This document shows positions 12,823 to 26,290 of a stretch of 64,000 nucleotides of DNA, piece by piece; within the stretch, counting starts at the first letter, position 1; each line of letters opens with the position of its first letter. The position numbers and the translations under genes were made by a program. This stretch comes from Paraspadella gotoi. Its lineage: Eukaryota > Animalia > Chaetognatha. Location of the stretch: assembly GCA_051294375.1 (NCBI GenBank), contig CM119268.1, positions 14,085,037 to 14,149,036 of the forward strand, in the 5' to 3' direction. The notes below the pieces were generated by a model, which was given only the letters and a program-made list of their open reading frames with translations, searched no databases and was not told the origin of the DNA.

Positions 12823-15800
12823 ATGATCTTGGCGCCTTCGCGCGTTCGTTCGCGCGTGCCTTTGGCCGAGGCCGCACTCAAGAACGTCGTCGATTCGAAG
12901 GAGTCGGGGCGTGTCCCTGGCACAGGTTCGTTAGCGGAATGTTTTTCGTTCTTTGACTTTTGTTGTGAGAACGTTCAATAATCGGGTCCTCGTTCACTCT
13001 GCAGCCCCGCCTCGCCCCCTTTCTCTTTGCGGCGTCTGCGAGGATCAGTCGTGGTGTTGGTTGGCCGAGGGTTCTGTGCTCGAAGTGGTCAGACTCGCCG
13101 ACGGCCACCGCGTCTCTTCGTGGGATTTTGCGTCGCCGTTCGATGATGAGGGGTTCGTTTCGCGGATTTCTTGCGTCGCCGAGTTTCGTCTCCAAGACTC
13201 CGGCCACGGGCGAAGCGACGCCGCTTCGAAAATTAAACTGCTCGTCGGGGTGGATCGGGGCGAAGACGGAGGTTTGCTTTGCCTCTTCGAACCTAAAAGA
13301 TCCAAGTTGGAAAAGTCCATCGTGGTGAGTTTTAAGATGGAAAAAGTTATAATAATCGGGTCTTAGTCTGGACATGAACGTCCCATGTCCAATTATCTAT
13401 CGTTCCTCTTTTAGTTTCCCGGTGGAGTTACTTCTTGTCGTCACGTGAGTGGCACCCGGGGTCATGACGCACCAGACCACGTCCTTTGCGATCCCTTGCG
13501 GCACTTTTTCGGTGTCGTAGCGGTGGGCGTCGTCGGCGGCTCAGTCTACGTCGTCGATTTGATGATGGATCAACCCGTCGACGAGGAAGAGGCGCTTCCG
13601 GCCGAGATTCATTTGGTAAGTTTTTTAATACACTCCTTTTTGTACAGGGTTTTATCTTCCAATATTCGATAATCGTCTAAAAAGAAATCTCTTTTTTTCC
13701 CTAGCTGTCGGCAGCTTCTCTTGCTCGCGAGGTCGCCGCCGCCCGGGAGGCCGCCATCCAGACCGGACAACATCCGGCGATCTCCCTTAACAACGATTGC
13801 CTTGTCGATGGTCGCTTCCAATACCGGCGTGTCGACGGTCGGCTCGAGCAGACCTTCGATGTCCCCTCCGTTTCTGTCACGGCGCTGGACTTTTTCTCTC
13901 AGAGCGGTCAACTCGCCGTCGGTTTCTCTTTCGGTTGTTTCCAGTTGTGGAAGCTCCTCGTGCCCGTGCTTGAGTTTTCCTCTCGAATGGAACCCGGCCT
14001 CTTGCCTGTTGTTGGATTCGCCTTTCAAGAGCCCGAGAACGATCCGAGAAACTTTTGCTATTTGTGGGTGGCGAACTCGGCCAAGGACGAAAAGGACGCC
14101 TTGGAAACCGTCGCCACCGTCTCTTTATATCAGATGGTAAACAAAAAGTTTTCTGCTCTAGCTTTTTTTTTTTATTAAGCGCCGTATTTTTTACGCCAGG
14201 TTTTTACGCGTCGCGAATGGGTGCCCCGCTCCGGGTTTTACTACCTCGAACTTCACGGCTGCGGACTTCATTTTGATCACGAACTCTCGTCCGATCCCTA
14301 TAACCGCTTTGCCCCAGGAATCCCTCCGATGGCCATGGGACCCTCTCATATTCAGACGTGCAAAACGATTCAGGTTTATTTCTCTACAAATGTTTTATTT
14401 TGTAAGAAAAAGGGAAAGAGGGTTTTTATTTTAAGATGCCAATCATATTGTTTTTTGTCTTATTTAAATAAATAAATAAGTGCTGTATAATAACAGGATC
14501 CAACTTTTTCTTATCCGGATCACTTCCCGGAGGATTCTTTCCAAGACGATTCTTTATGCGCCGGCGCGAAACCGGATCTCAGTCTAGTCGTCTTTTCCTG
14601 GACCGCTCTCAAAAGGTGACGTTCAATCATTTCAAAGGCGAAGACGTGGCAAAAGGGTTAATAATTCGATCTCAACTTCTTCTTCAGGTCCTCTTCCAAC
14701 GGAAACCATTTTGGGAAACCCTCTCTCAACTCGTTCCCATTGGAGGGCGTTTCGCATGTCGCCTACCATCCGTACCACTACTTGGCGATTTTTGACATTA
14801 ATCGATGGTCAGATTTTTTCATTTGGATTCTTAATCAATTTTTGCAAAAGTTTCGCCACCATTTTTTTGGGTTTACTTTAGGTATCAGGCTCAAATGCCC
14901 AATTCTGTAGCCACGCCCACCACCTCCACCGACGTCTGCTCCTTTATGGCGTTTTACACCCTCGGAGAATCCCTGACTCCCTCTCCGCAGCCGCCGTTGC
15001 TAAGCCTTCTTCCTCCAGAGGCGGCTCCGAATCCCGCAGGATCTATTTTGGGGCCCGGTGGGCCCTTCCACTCTCGACTGCTCGCGATTTGCGTGGATCC
15101 GTTTACGGTGGCGAAGTTCAACGTTGTCGATGCTGACGAGACCCCCTTGGAACAGGTGGGCGGTTAAAAATGCGATAGGTCCACCTCATTGTTTTTTGTT
15201 TAATTGTATTTGAGTAATTTATTTTGTAACATTGTAATGATATCATCGGTATTTTTTTTCAGCATTTCTACCCAAACTCTTTGGCCATCAACATCACCTG
15301 TGTCAGTTCTCAATTTTCTCGTGGCTCCGACTTATCGAGAGAGGTTCTCGTCGCTCAAGGACTCAGAATCGACATCCTGGGCCTGCAGCGGCAGACTCTG
15401 TTGGACCTGCAGCAACTCGGACCTTCCGCCGTGGCCGAACCACAAGCTATGTTTAAGCAGTGCGTCCTCGCTGGACTCTTAACGCCCTCTGCCGCGGTAG
15501 CCGCTGGAAGCGGGCCGCCGTCAACCTCGTCGCAAAGAGACGCTTTACTCACTCTCGTTCTTAGTCACGGGTTGATAGGATTTCTCACGGCGTGCGCGAC
15601 CGGTATGGAGGTCTTTTTATTCTTCTTGTTTACTTCAGTCTTAGGCCATTTTTTGTCATCATTAAAATGGACTAAACGCTAATCTTCTCCTTCATTAGAG
15701 TTTTCCTCCGCCGCGATTTCGCCCGGCGGGTGCACCCTTCGCTTCCTCCTCGACTGGGCGTGGAGTCGAGTGGTCAAAGTTAAATCGCGCGCTGACGCCG

Positions 15801-18800
15801 CCGCCGCCCCCCTCTTTGATTGGTCCGCCGTTGGGCCCGTCGAGCCACGCCTCCCCATATTTTTGCAACAGGCCGAGAATCAACTCAAAACCCTTGCATC
15901 ACTAGTCTTCAGTCTGTCGCAGCAAAGCTCTATCCCTACTACCGAGCGGGTAAGGGTTTAAAATTTTTTTTCCAGGTTTCCCTTTCAAACTTGTAATTAT
16001 GGCTTTTCTTTTCTAGGGTTTGAGCGACTTGGAAACAAAATACTCCGTCATCAGTTTGCTGTCTACGCATTTAAAGGTGAGCGTCAGGAATTCTGGTTAG
16101 ATAAATCTGCTTCCTATTCCCGTTGGTAAGTTTTATCTCATTATTAAAAATTTCGTTTCCTCTCAGGCTATACAGTGGTTCATCCATGTGGGTCTGCTCC
16201 CGGAAGTTAGTGACGAGGCGCCGAGGACTCTTCGCGGCGTTTTTGCGTATCCTATTAAAGCCCTCAGGGACAGTTTTTCTCGACGTCGTGCAAGACTCAA
16301 GGAGGCGCAAAGTAAGATATTTCAAAGACTTTATGTTAATATTATGATTATTTTAAGTTTATTATAATTCTCATTTTCTGATCGTAGAATCAACTTCCTA
16401 CGACGGCGCAGTTTTGGTGGTTGACGCCATCATGAACCGTTTGGGCGTCGTCATGAAGGAGGCTTGGCGCCGTGACAGCTGCGATTCGGATGGCCTTTTC
16501 CCGCCGCCCTCTCTCAACGCCTTGCTCAATGTGTATCGCATGGAGGGCATCGACGTCTCCGCCAAACACTCTATAGTTTGTTACCTTCTCATGGACATCA
16601 TCGCCCTGGAGCAATGTGGTGGGAAAAGCGATTCAGGTGGCAGAAAAATTTTTTTTCAATTTGTCATTCTACTACCACAAATTAAATACCTAAGTAAATT
16701 ACAACCTCTATTTTTTTTTCCAACTTTCGTTTTAGCCGCGCCTTCAAAACGCAGCTCTTTGTCTTCGGATCACCTGAGCCAATTTCCTCTGGTCTTCTCC
16801 ATGTCACCGGGTCTCGTCAAACTCGTCCAAGGATTTTGGTGCCTTGATCGTGGAGAATTCCCGCAGGCTCTCGCTTGCCTAGAATCTCCCTTCGTGAGGC
16901 CGCATCTTCTTCAGTGGCACCACGAAGTCGTTTTGAAGGCCCTCCTCTTCCAAGGTTTTTGGGAATAATGAGGATGAAACGGAATTCGGACGTTTTGTAT
17001 AAAAAAATTTTTCCGACTCTTTTCGTTAACCTAGGCGAAAAAATTTTGGCGTTAACCTACTTGCAAACGCACAAACCTGCCATTCTTACCCTGGAAGACC
17101 TTTCCCTTCAACTTACGGTCTTCTTGGCCAATAAAATGACGCGTGCCGCACTCGACCAACAACGGCGTCATCGATGCATTCGCGAGCAACAGAGAGGAAG
17201 CAACTCTAGCGGCTCCCTTGAAGATATGTTTAAGCAATGCCACGAGAATGGTTAGTTTTTTAATGCTCTTTTTAGACTTTTGATATTTTAACCAAAACTT
17301 TGTCTTCATTCGTAAACTTCTCTTTCTGTTTTAGGAGTTTTCCATCGTCTGGTCCGCCTACAACTCGACGAATCGGAGGAAGAGGCGATGATCGAATTCG
17401 TTCGCGCCTCGGCCTCCGGCCCAGCCTCTGCCGATTGCGAAGATCGCACGGATACGCTTGAAGCGCTGCTCGCTTATTACCTTCATCGCTCTCGATATGC
17501 CGAGGCCCGCCGATTGGTGCAACAGAAGACGATCATGACGTCATCGTCGACGACGAGAGGTTCGGGTCCTTAATTCGATTTTTCTCTCTCAACTTAATTG
17601 AATTAAAGACGTCGGAAGAAGTTTTTTTACTCGATACAACTGAGAAAAGGAGAAAATTTCGGGTCAAACTAATCGATATTAATAAAAGGGAATGGAGAGA
17701 CCCTTGTTTTTAAGTGAGCCCCTTTTTTATGCCCCTTTCTATGAAAGTTTTCTCTTGCTTTCAGCTTCCTCGTTTTCGATTCACGCCACCAATCGAGACT
17801 CCGCAGCCGGTTTCTCCTTCTCTTTGTCCGCCACCCAACTTGTTGACGCTTACCTTCGAACTCTTCCATCACCACTCCGAGGCCTAGTCACCTCTGAAGG
17901 GAGACCAGAGTCGATAAAGCCGATCCGTTGTCAGGTGGCGCGTCCCAAGCCCCTCTCCAGCGTCGTCCTAAACCCCGAATCTAATAAGGTATGCCGTAAG
18001 ATGTGGAGAATAAAAAATTATATCTACGTATATATTTAATTTCGGTTTTTAGTGGGATCTGCTTATCGCAGATTCCGACTGTATAGTTTACTTTGCCTGT
18101 CCGTCTTTCCCCATTAACTTGCAGGTAAATCACTAAGTTCAATTTAAATCATCGAATTTATAAAAGAATTATGTAAAAAAATTATGTCCGTCCGTCCGTC
18201 CGTTACCCCTAGTAGCGGTAGCCGACCAAATTCAAATTTTAATGGGAACAGCATTAAACTAATCCATTATTGGTATTAATTATTGTGTTAAAATATTTTT
18301 TGCAAAAATGTTCCGAACCATGAGTAATTCGCTAATTAATATTATTATATCATATATTAAGTCAAAATTTTTTTGGGGATACTTTAAGTTTTTTTAATTG
18401 ATTCTGATAGAGCTTAAAAAGTTAAGCAAAAAATATAATTACAACTTTTTAAATTTTTGATGTTTTATTACTAAAAATTAGTAAAAACTGCTAAAATCAA
18501 CGGATGATGATGATGATTTTTTAAGGTTTTTCTCAATTTTAACCCACTTATCATCAAAATATTGAAAAAAGAATTATACTTTGTGTAGATAACTTTTCAT
18601 AAGCTATTTGAATCTGCTTTTAAAAATAAAAAATTCCAAAAAAAAATTTTTGACCTTTCCTATCTATAAATAAATATTAAAAATTAATTACTAATGCTTC
18701 TTGCCATTTTAGAAAAATTGCTCCATTGAACGTTTTCTCAGAAATGTATGAAGTTTCATTTGGAAAGGTTCCCAAATCAGACTTCTGACCCACCCCATTG

Positions 18801-21800
18801 ACGATGTTTGGCTCTACCCCTAGCTAGTGGATTAAAGTGAAAAAAAAACTCTATGGAATAGTGCAAGTAGAAAGTATCTTGGTTGGAAACTAGTCACTTT
18901 TGATCTATGTCAATTCGAATTAAAATAACAATAACGACCACAACCACCGTAACAACCCTAACCACAACCTTATAACAATATAACCACTATAACAAAAAGT
19001 ATCAAAATTATAATATAATTTATAACTCAAAATGACTACATATGTAATCCGAACACAAACTCAACAAGGACATCAAGCATCGTAACTACCACGACTATTA
19101 CAAAGACCACAACCACAATAATCTGAAAAAAAAATGGCAGGAAAGAAAGAAATAAATATAAACAACGTTGGGGAATAAAGAAAGGACTACTCACGGAAAG
19201 AGAGGGCAAACGAGTGCAGTTAGCTTTTATAATCTTGTTATGAATAAAAAAGATATTATAGTACTATTTATCACGATTTATCATCTGATTAGCTTTTGAG
19301 CTATATTACCCGCCGTTGTTTACTCAAACTTGTTTTATTAAATAAATTGATGTATTTTTCTCCGAGAGAATGAATGTGAAAACCTGGCCATTATCTCCCT
19401 CCCCATTTCCCGGATCGACACTAAATTTCCTTTCTTTTACCTTCGGAATTTGTTCCTCCGATTTTATTGACGTCCAGGAACTTTATTTTGTTTGTCCTCT
19501 CGTTTATTCTTGTTCACTTTCCTCTCTCTCCATCTCTTTTTGTTTCAATAGTTATTCCCGAGTTGCTGTTGCGGTGTTTTCAGACGCTCTCTTCCACTCT
19601 CGCTCACTCTGCTACGATCACTCTTTCGCCGTTTTTTCTCATTTGTTTTTCGCTTATTCGCTCACTCTTTCCCCCTTTCTCCCTTTCTCTTTGTTCGCTA
19701 ATCTCTGTGTTCCGGATTTGTTTACCCGAATGTCGCTTCCCTGGCGATGAAAGTTTATCGTCGCACTGTCGTTTTTCTAATCCAGTGTGACCGGAGATAA
19801 AAGCATCGCTGAAAAGTTTGTTCTCTGATAATTTTTGAAAATAAATTAAATGACGAAAGGGCATTAAATGTAAATAATTTTGGCGAATCCCAGCGCTTCT
19901 ATTGAATCATTTTCATTAATAATTTTATCATGAACCTTGTAAGCGTTTTTTTATTTTGCTTCAGGATATTAATAATAATAGCTCTATGATCTGGAAGCGA
20001 CTGTTATTGTTTTGACGGCGTAAATTTGATAATTCTACGATCGAATCCAAAATATACAGAGAATAAACGGAATGTTTGATGATCTGTTACAACTCTAAAC
20101 GATAGAACGAAAATGAGGGTCTCTACTTTTAGTTTTTTACCACTTTTATTTTAGGCCTCGTCCCGCGCCACCCTTCTCGAGACAATCATGGGCAAAGTGG
20201 AGGAAACTTACACGTCGGACTCCGCATCGCCGCCTTCGCCATTCACCCATTGCACGCCGGCCTCTCGCCTCTCGCACAAACTCCCTGCGCCCTCCATTCT
20301 CCCTTCGGGTCAGTTGACTCCCTCATCTCGATCTCTCCCTTCTTCATATATCCTCGACCCTACTTTTTCTGCTCGTCGTTTCAGGCGCCGTTGGCGTCGT
20401 TTTCTTTCTCGTTACTCTTCCTTTGAGAAGAACTCGGCGTTTCCGTTTTCTAGTCGCCTTCTTGAAAGAGAGGCAATCCTTTCATCTTCTCACGTCCTCC
20501 ATTTTCTTTTTCCTACCAACGACGAAATTTCTCCGTCTAGAATTTTCTCACTCTGGTGTTTGCCCATCTTTTTCACTGCTATTTTTTTCTTACCCACTTC
20601 TCCCTCGCTTCCGCTTCTTCTCTCCTCCCTCCATCCAAATCCTTTCCTTCTTCCGTTTCAGCCCCTTCGAGTTTTTATTACTTTTCTTTCTGAATATATC
20701 ATTTAAGAGTGGCTCCCGCGGTCTTTGAAAAGATATTGCCTTTTAGCTTAATTTGCTCACTTTTTTGCGTTGAAAAATATTTTCCGTTCCTCTGATGTTT
20801 TTAACTTGACATTTCTTATTTCCTCAGGTCAAAATCCTTTGTTGACTCCCCTTTCGTCAAAGCGTCGTCCTTCTTTGCCTCGTGACGCCGATTCGAGACC
20901 GCAGATGACTTTCCTTTCGGTGGGGACGCCGACCATTACGGAAACGAACGAAGGCGGAATATCGGCGCTCTCCTTCCTGCAGAGAATTCAGGCAGGCGCC
21001 AAGAGAGCCGCCAGCATCATGGACGACGGCGGGGGTGAGTCTTTATTTACGCGAACGCGATAATTGTCGCTTTCAGTGTCTTGTTTCATAAGAATTATTG
21101 TGGTAATTACCATAAACAATTTTAAAGAGGGCTCTCCTGAATAGAAGCGGTAATTAAATGTAAGGCGTTTTTAATTGGTCCTTGTTAATCGGTGGCAAGG
21201 GATATGTAAATCTTTTCGAATTTCAGACTCATCCATGTTGGAGACTACTCACGTTACGCCGCCGAAACAGACTAAATTGATGAGACGGACTGCCGAGAAC
21301 TCTGCAGTTTTGTCAGTGCTGGACACACCCCCGGTCAAGCGTTTACGTCCTAAATCCGGCGGCGTCCTTGGTTAGTTTGTCTAAGATACGGTTTAAAAAT
21401 GTATTTAATAACATTGCCTAAAAACTTGTAAATCACAAATTGTTTTTACACTGATGATGAATAGAATTACTTACTATTCGAAATATGTCTGCAAAAATAT
21501 TAATAAAAATTCGTTGAGAAAAATCAATCTTTTCTCTTATGGAATTTTATTTTAGTATTATAATTTTTTTTAGTTGTGTAATAAATATTTTTACTTGCGA
21601 TATTACACTAAATCTCTATCATTCACGCAGGATTCCTCGGCTCCACACATTCTCTGCAAACTCCATCTTCCGCCGGTTCACGACCGGGAACGCCGCAATC
21701 CATCCTCCGGTAGGTTTCTTTCTCATGGGCAAGGAAATAATCCTCTTGCAAACCGGGGATTATTTTAAAATGTTTAAGAGCGAGCACTTACGACTCGTTA

Positions 21801-24800
21801 TTTCCTGTATCGTTCCGATCTCTTTTGCTTGCCAGGTCGCGAGCCATCAACCGCTTAGGAAACAGCAATTTCGCCGAAGACCATGATGCAACATCGCCTG
21901 CCGTGGGGCGCCCCGGTGGCGCAAACGAAACTCCATCCGGTTCCCGGATTAGATTCGCCAATCTTTCTCCGTTGGAAACCAGTAACGAGGTTAGGCGAGG
22001 GATTCGGATCGGGGACTGTTTTGAGTTACTTTATCTTTAGCTTTACTTGCACACGGTTTTTGTGTTCTCTGCGCTCCGTTTCATTTTGTGACTTCTCCTC
22101 TCCTCCTTTCTTTTGTTTTGCTCTTGAACTTATTCTTTGCCTTTTTGTTTTTCAAGTCTTTAATCTTTTTTTCCTTTCTTGGATTTTTTTTCCTGATTGG
22201 CCTTTCCAATTTTCTCTTCTTCAAAATGTGTTTCCAATTTAAAATTTGTTAATTTTAAAAACAAGGAGTTTATTCGACTTCGCATTTTGTTTTGTTTCTT
22301 TTTTGTTAAAGACGTTTCTTTCGTCTGAGTCTCAAACTTTTCTCGCCCAGGAACCCAAGCGCTCTCTTTCGGCCCGCGAACTCCTCGCCACCATTCGTCG
22401 TTCTGCCAACCGACGCCAGGAAGATAACGATGAAGAGGAGATGGAAACTATGACGGTCAGCGACGACGACGGCGAGAGTGACGACGCCGCGAATGAAGAT
22501 GACGAACCGCGTGTATCCGTAGGGAAAATTGAATTAGCTACAAACTCACAAACGGATGTCACTTTGTCTTTGGATCAACCTGTAGAGGTCCCCTCGGCCT
22601 TTATGGTGACCGCGTCTGGGACGTCGGAACAACCTAAACCCAACTTATACAACTCGACTACTTTTGCTTCCTGCTTTCTCGGTGAAACGACATTCTCTCT
22701 CAATGTCAAGGATACGGCGACCACTTCTTTTGAGGACGTTCGAGAGAATCGCGGAGTTATCGCCGAAAGTCAACCAATTGCTGAATCCGCTGATGCAGAG
22801 ACAGGTTCTACTGAAAAAAGCATCGATATCACCGAGCCTGTTCTCAACTCTTATGTAGCCGAAGTCTCTGGCAACCGTGATGCGACGGAGTTCACTGAGG
22901 CAGTCGAAAAGATCGACGTCGAAATTGTCTCCAAGACTGCAGTCGAAACCGAGACAGTCCCAATCAATTTGGCAGTAGCAATCGCTGAGACTTCCGATGT
23001 CGCTGAAGACAAACAGCTAGCCTCCTTCGAGAAGTCGGTCGAGATAAAAGATGCTGGCGGGTATAAGGAGATCTCCTTGGAGGAGGACATATATTCGGAA
23101 GACCCCATCTTCCTTTTCAGTAAGCCGAAGCGTCGATCTTCTCGATACAAGTCAACCGCCTTTCGAGACGATCCCGTTATCAAGAGGTGGAAGGAGGAGG
23201 AACTTAAGTTTCGTCTTCCGACGCCGCCCCGGATTCGACGAGACGCCAAAGGACGTTTGCGTTTTCTGTCCAAACAGGAGGAATCACCGGAACTCATCGA
23301 AAAAACAGTGACGGTTAATGGCGAAGTTGGTTTAACCTCTAACTCAACGACCGTATCGCAGGTCGCTCGGGACCGAAAGTCTCGCCCGACGATAAACTTA
23401 AGCCGAGATCCGGAATACCTCAAGTTCAAGGAGCAGGAGAGAAGGTGCACGTTAGAAGCACCCCGAATTGGTAGAGACGAAAAGGGCCTCTTGAAGTTGT
23501 TGGCGAAAAATGAGAAGAGGTTGCCCTCGATGGTTTTCAATCACGTTTTTGAAGATGTCGATGAGGCCGAGGAATCGATGGAGGTTTTAGAAAATGAGAA
23601 TTCGGACGACCACAAAAAATCTCCGATCAAGACTATAGAAAAAGAAAATGAATCGAAAAAGCTAGTGACAGTTGATAAGAACGTGATATCGAGTGTCACT
23701 GTATCCGGAGTCTCGATGCCTACGCCGGACAGAATCATTATAGACAAAGAGCAACGAGAGAGTGTCGGGGGCAAAGAAGGGTCTTCATCTTTGCAATTTG
23801 AGATGCCCGATCGAGCCATCGACGTAACCGGAAAGATGGCGACAGAGAATTCGATAGAAACGAGTGGTCCTCATCAAAGTGCAATTCTTTCTACGGAAAC
23901 GAAGCCAGCGCCTAGTTTCCCAGCTCACGCCGCTGCCGATCTCTCGGGTCCTCTGGTGGACGAGACGTTAAAACCGATACCCACAGAAAGTCTTTTGGAT
24001 GAGATGGAGACGTCAAAAGAACGGTTAGCGAATTTAATCCCATCGACAACCCTTAAAGTCGACGACGTTGACGTCAGTGATGCGGAAAGCGTCGCGAGTT
24101 CCACTTCGTCCAAAGCCTCGGTGAGGTCAACACGCTCCACGAGATCCACCAAAGGTGTCACCAAGTTAGTCGACTTGGAAGGTACCGACTCAAAAAAGAA
24201 GCGTGCTCCAAATGTTGAAGGCTCTTCGATGAAGGCTGTGAAAACTACGACGACACAAAGCGACACTTTATCCGGCGACGCTCCCGCAAACGAGACCTCC
24301 ATGGAGCAGAGCTTTCTTCGGCTCCGACACCGCGTTATTTCCGGAAACAGAGAACCACCTACCCGCGCAGCAACATCCAAAAAGACGGTCGAGAACACGG
24401 ATGTGAGTGAGGCAAAGAGGCGGGAGACGACAACTTCGCCGAAACGTTCGGCCAATCGCTCCGTCAGAGAAAATAAAAAGGAAGATGAGCCGAAGGAAGA
24501 GACGGCCTCTGGGCCACCGCCATCGCCGCGACGGAAAGGCAGGCCGCCCAAGATCGTTATCAACGACGTCGAGATGACCGAAAGGAAGCCGCGCACTCGA
24601 GCGACTTCCCAGTCTTCTCCTCCGCAAATTAAGATGGAATCAAAAACTAGTGAGTAAAGCCTATGATTTGTCTTCCAATTTGGGAGAACTTCCGTATGAT
24701 GTTTTAAGTTATTTACTCATCTGTTTGCAGAACCGTCTCCGACGGAGCCTCCGAGTCCCCCTCGACGTCTTCGCGGTCGATCGCCCAGCGTCAAAACAGA

Positions 24801-25722
24801 AGATAAGACCCCTCCTAAAGTGCCACAGCGCCGTCCCCCTTCACCGCGCGTTCCATCCTCTCCGCGAACACGAGGCCGAAAAGAAGCGGACGCTCAAGAA
24901 ACTCCGTCGACCCCTTCGAGTCGAACAACGACGGGGTCGCCGCCAAAATCAGCCCCACCGTCATCGCCGCCAAAAACGGCCGATGAAGCGCCGCCGGTAA
25001 TAACTCGTGGTCGGTCGCCAAGGAAGGCCAAAGCGCCGGTTATCTCTGTGGAGACGACGATTGATGTCGACGCGGTGACGCCGCCGAATCCTCCCTCTCC
25101 GTCTCTCCGTCGATCGCCTCGAGTCGGTCGCAGCGCTTCAGGCAGTGACGTTACGGAGCATCAACGTCAGACTCGATCGCGCAACCCATCCAACCCGCAA
25201 TCAACGCCGACGCGACCGCGACCGCGACGCGCCTCGGCCAAGGACAAATCGAGACTAGACGGTTCAGAGGATCGGCCGCCAAGGACGCGCTCCAATTCGG
25301 CTCTTAAGGCTAAAAATGACGCCGAGGATATGGACGTTACGACGAGCTCTTTTAACTTTAGCGCACCTTTACAAGCGTCCGTGGACGACCACGACGTTGA
25401 TACGGATCTCTTGGAGACTTTCCTGTTTTCCCCGCCTAAATCGGGCGGCGTGAGAACGCGGGGTCGCGGGAGGTCGCCATCGCCAATAGAAACGACACCG
25501 GTGACGAGAGCAACGTCGTCCAAGATCAATTCTACTTTGGACTTGTTGGCGGGTCCTGTGCCGGTTCTCGACGCCGCCGCCGCCAAGGGTGACGCCGCCT
25601 CCACTACGAGAAAGGGAACGACGCAACGTAAAAAGATGATGGATCGTCTTGCCAGCGCAGGAGCAGGTGCCGGAGCGAAAAAGGCAACCTTGCCTTCCTT
25701 GACCAAGAGGACCGCAAAATGA
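12823..25722 (+). CDS. AHCTF1: Nucleoporin ELYS / AHCTF1 (MEL-28), multi-exon
   Basis: N-terminal propeller (GSVLEVV..GHRVSSWDF; FQEPENDPRNFCYLW), helical domain (FPPPSLNALL..KHSIVCYLLMD; KLVQGFWCLD), PP1-docking TPQSILR (about 21687-21710) and RIRF (about 21945), AT-hook RRKGRPPK (about 24528-24551), and a long basic S/T-P-rich tail. Not all exon boundaries were resolved. Confidence 0.9.
18055..19335 (+). mobile_element. Helitron/DINE-like element in ELYS intron, with a probable nested insertion (18213-18823) and an ACA/ACC low-complexity tract
   Basis: Same head (ggatctgc..gcagattccgact, gtccgtccgtcc) and tail (tttactcaaacttgtt) as 1308-2787; tacccctag occurs directly repeated at about 18204 and 18815. 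Confidence 0.5.
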
Positions 25723-26290
25723 GTTTCACTGCCCTGACTATTATGCTCTCCGCTCGTGTTTAGATTATGTGAACTGAGTTGACTTCATGGTTTGAATCGT
25801 CGGTAATTTATAGCGAGTGATTAAAAACAGTTATTGGACGAGTTAGCCTTTTAAAATACGAAACGAGCTCGTGCTTCGTAATTTTTGCAGTTACATATTG
25901 ATCAAACGCCCTTTTTAGTAACTAATTGTTTTTTCTACGTAGTTATCTAATTTATCTGATTGTTCTGTAAATAAACGGGGGAAGTTTGACATATGCGGTT
26001 TTATGTGCCATTGGCTTTTTATTACGATTATTTTTTTTTTTTTTTTTGCCTTGGAGATTCGTTAACAAATGGAATTATTGTATAAGTTGACATTTAAAAC
26101 CGTTTCTTTTCATTCTTTAATCGTTAAAAACACCTCCTTTTTTGCTGATCGAACAGCTTTGCATTTAATCGAAATCATTACTCAACAATAAACGCAAAAC
26201 CACAAGTGCCATTCTCGCCCGAACTTATCACGTCATAAACCCCCATAGCGAGCGCCCTCTTACGGTCGCGTCGCCTGCACATTTTTCCAA

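Noticed and set aside
19370-20728. Phe/Ser/Leu-rich ORFs in ELYS introns
   Set aside because: By-products of pyrimidine-rich sequence; only about 20156-20308 looks like a genuine ELYS exon.
22332-25706. Long minus-strand ORFs overlapping the big ELYS exons (also 6675-7292 over the MFS tail)
   Set aside because: Antisense shadows of GC-rich coding exons with no recognisable motifs.
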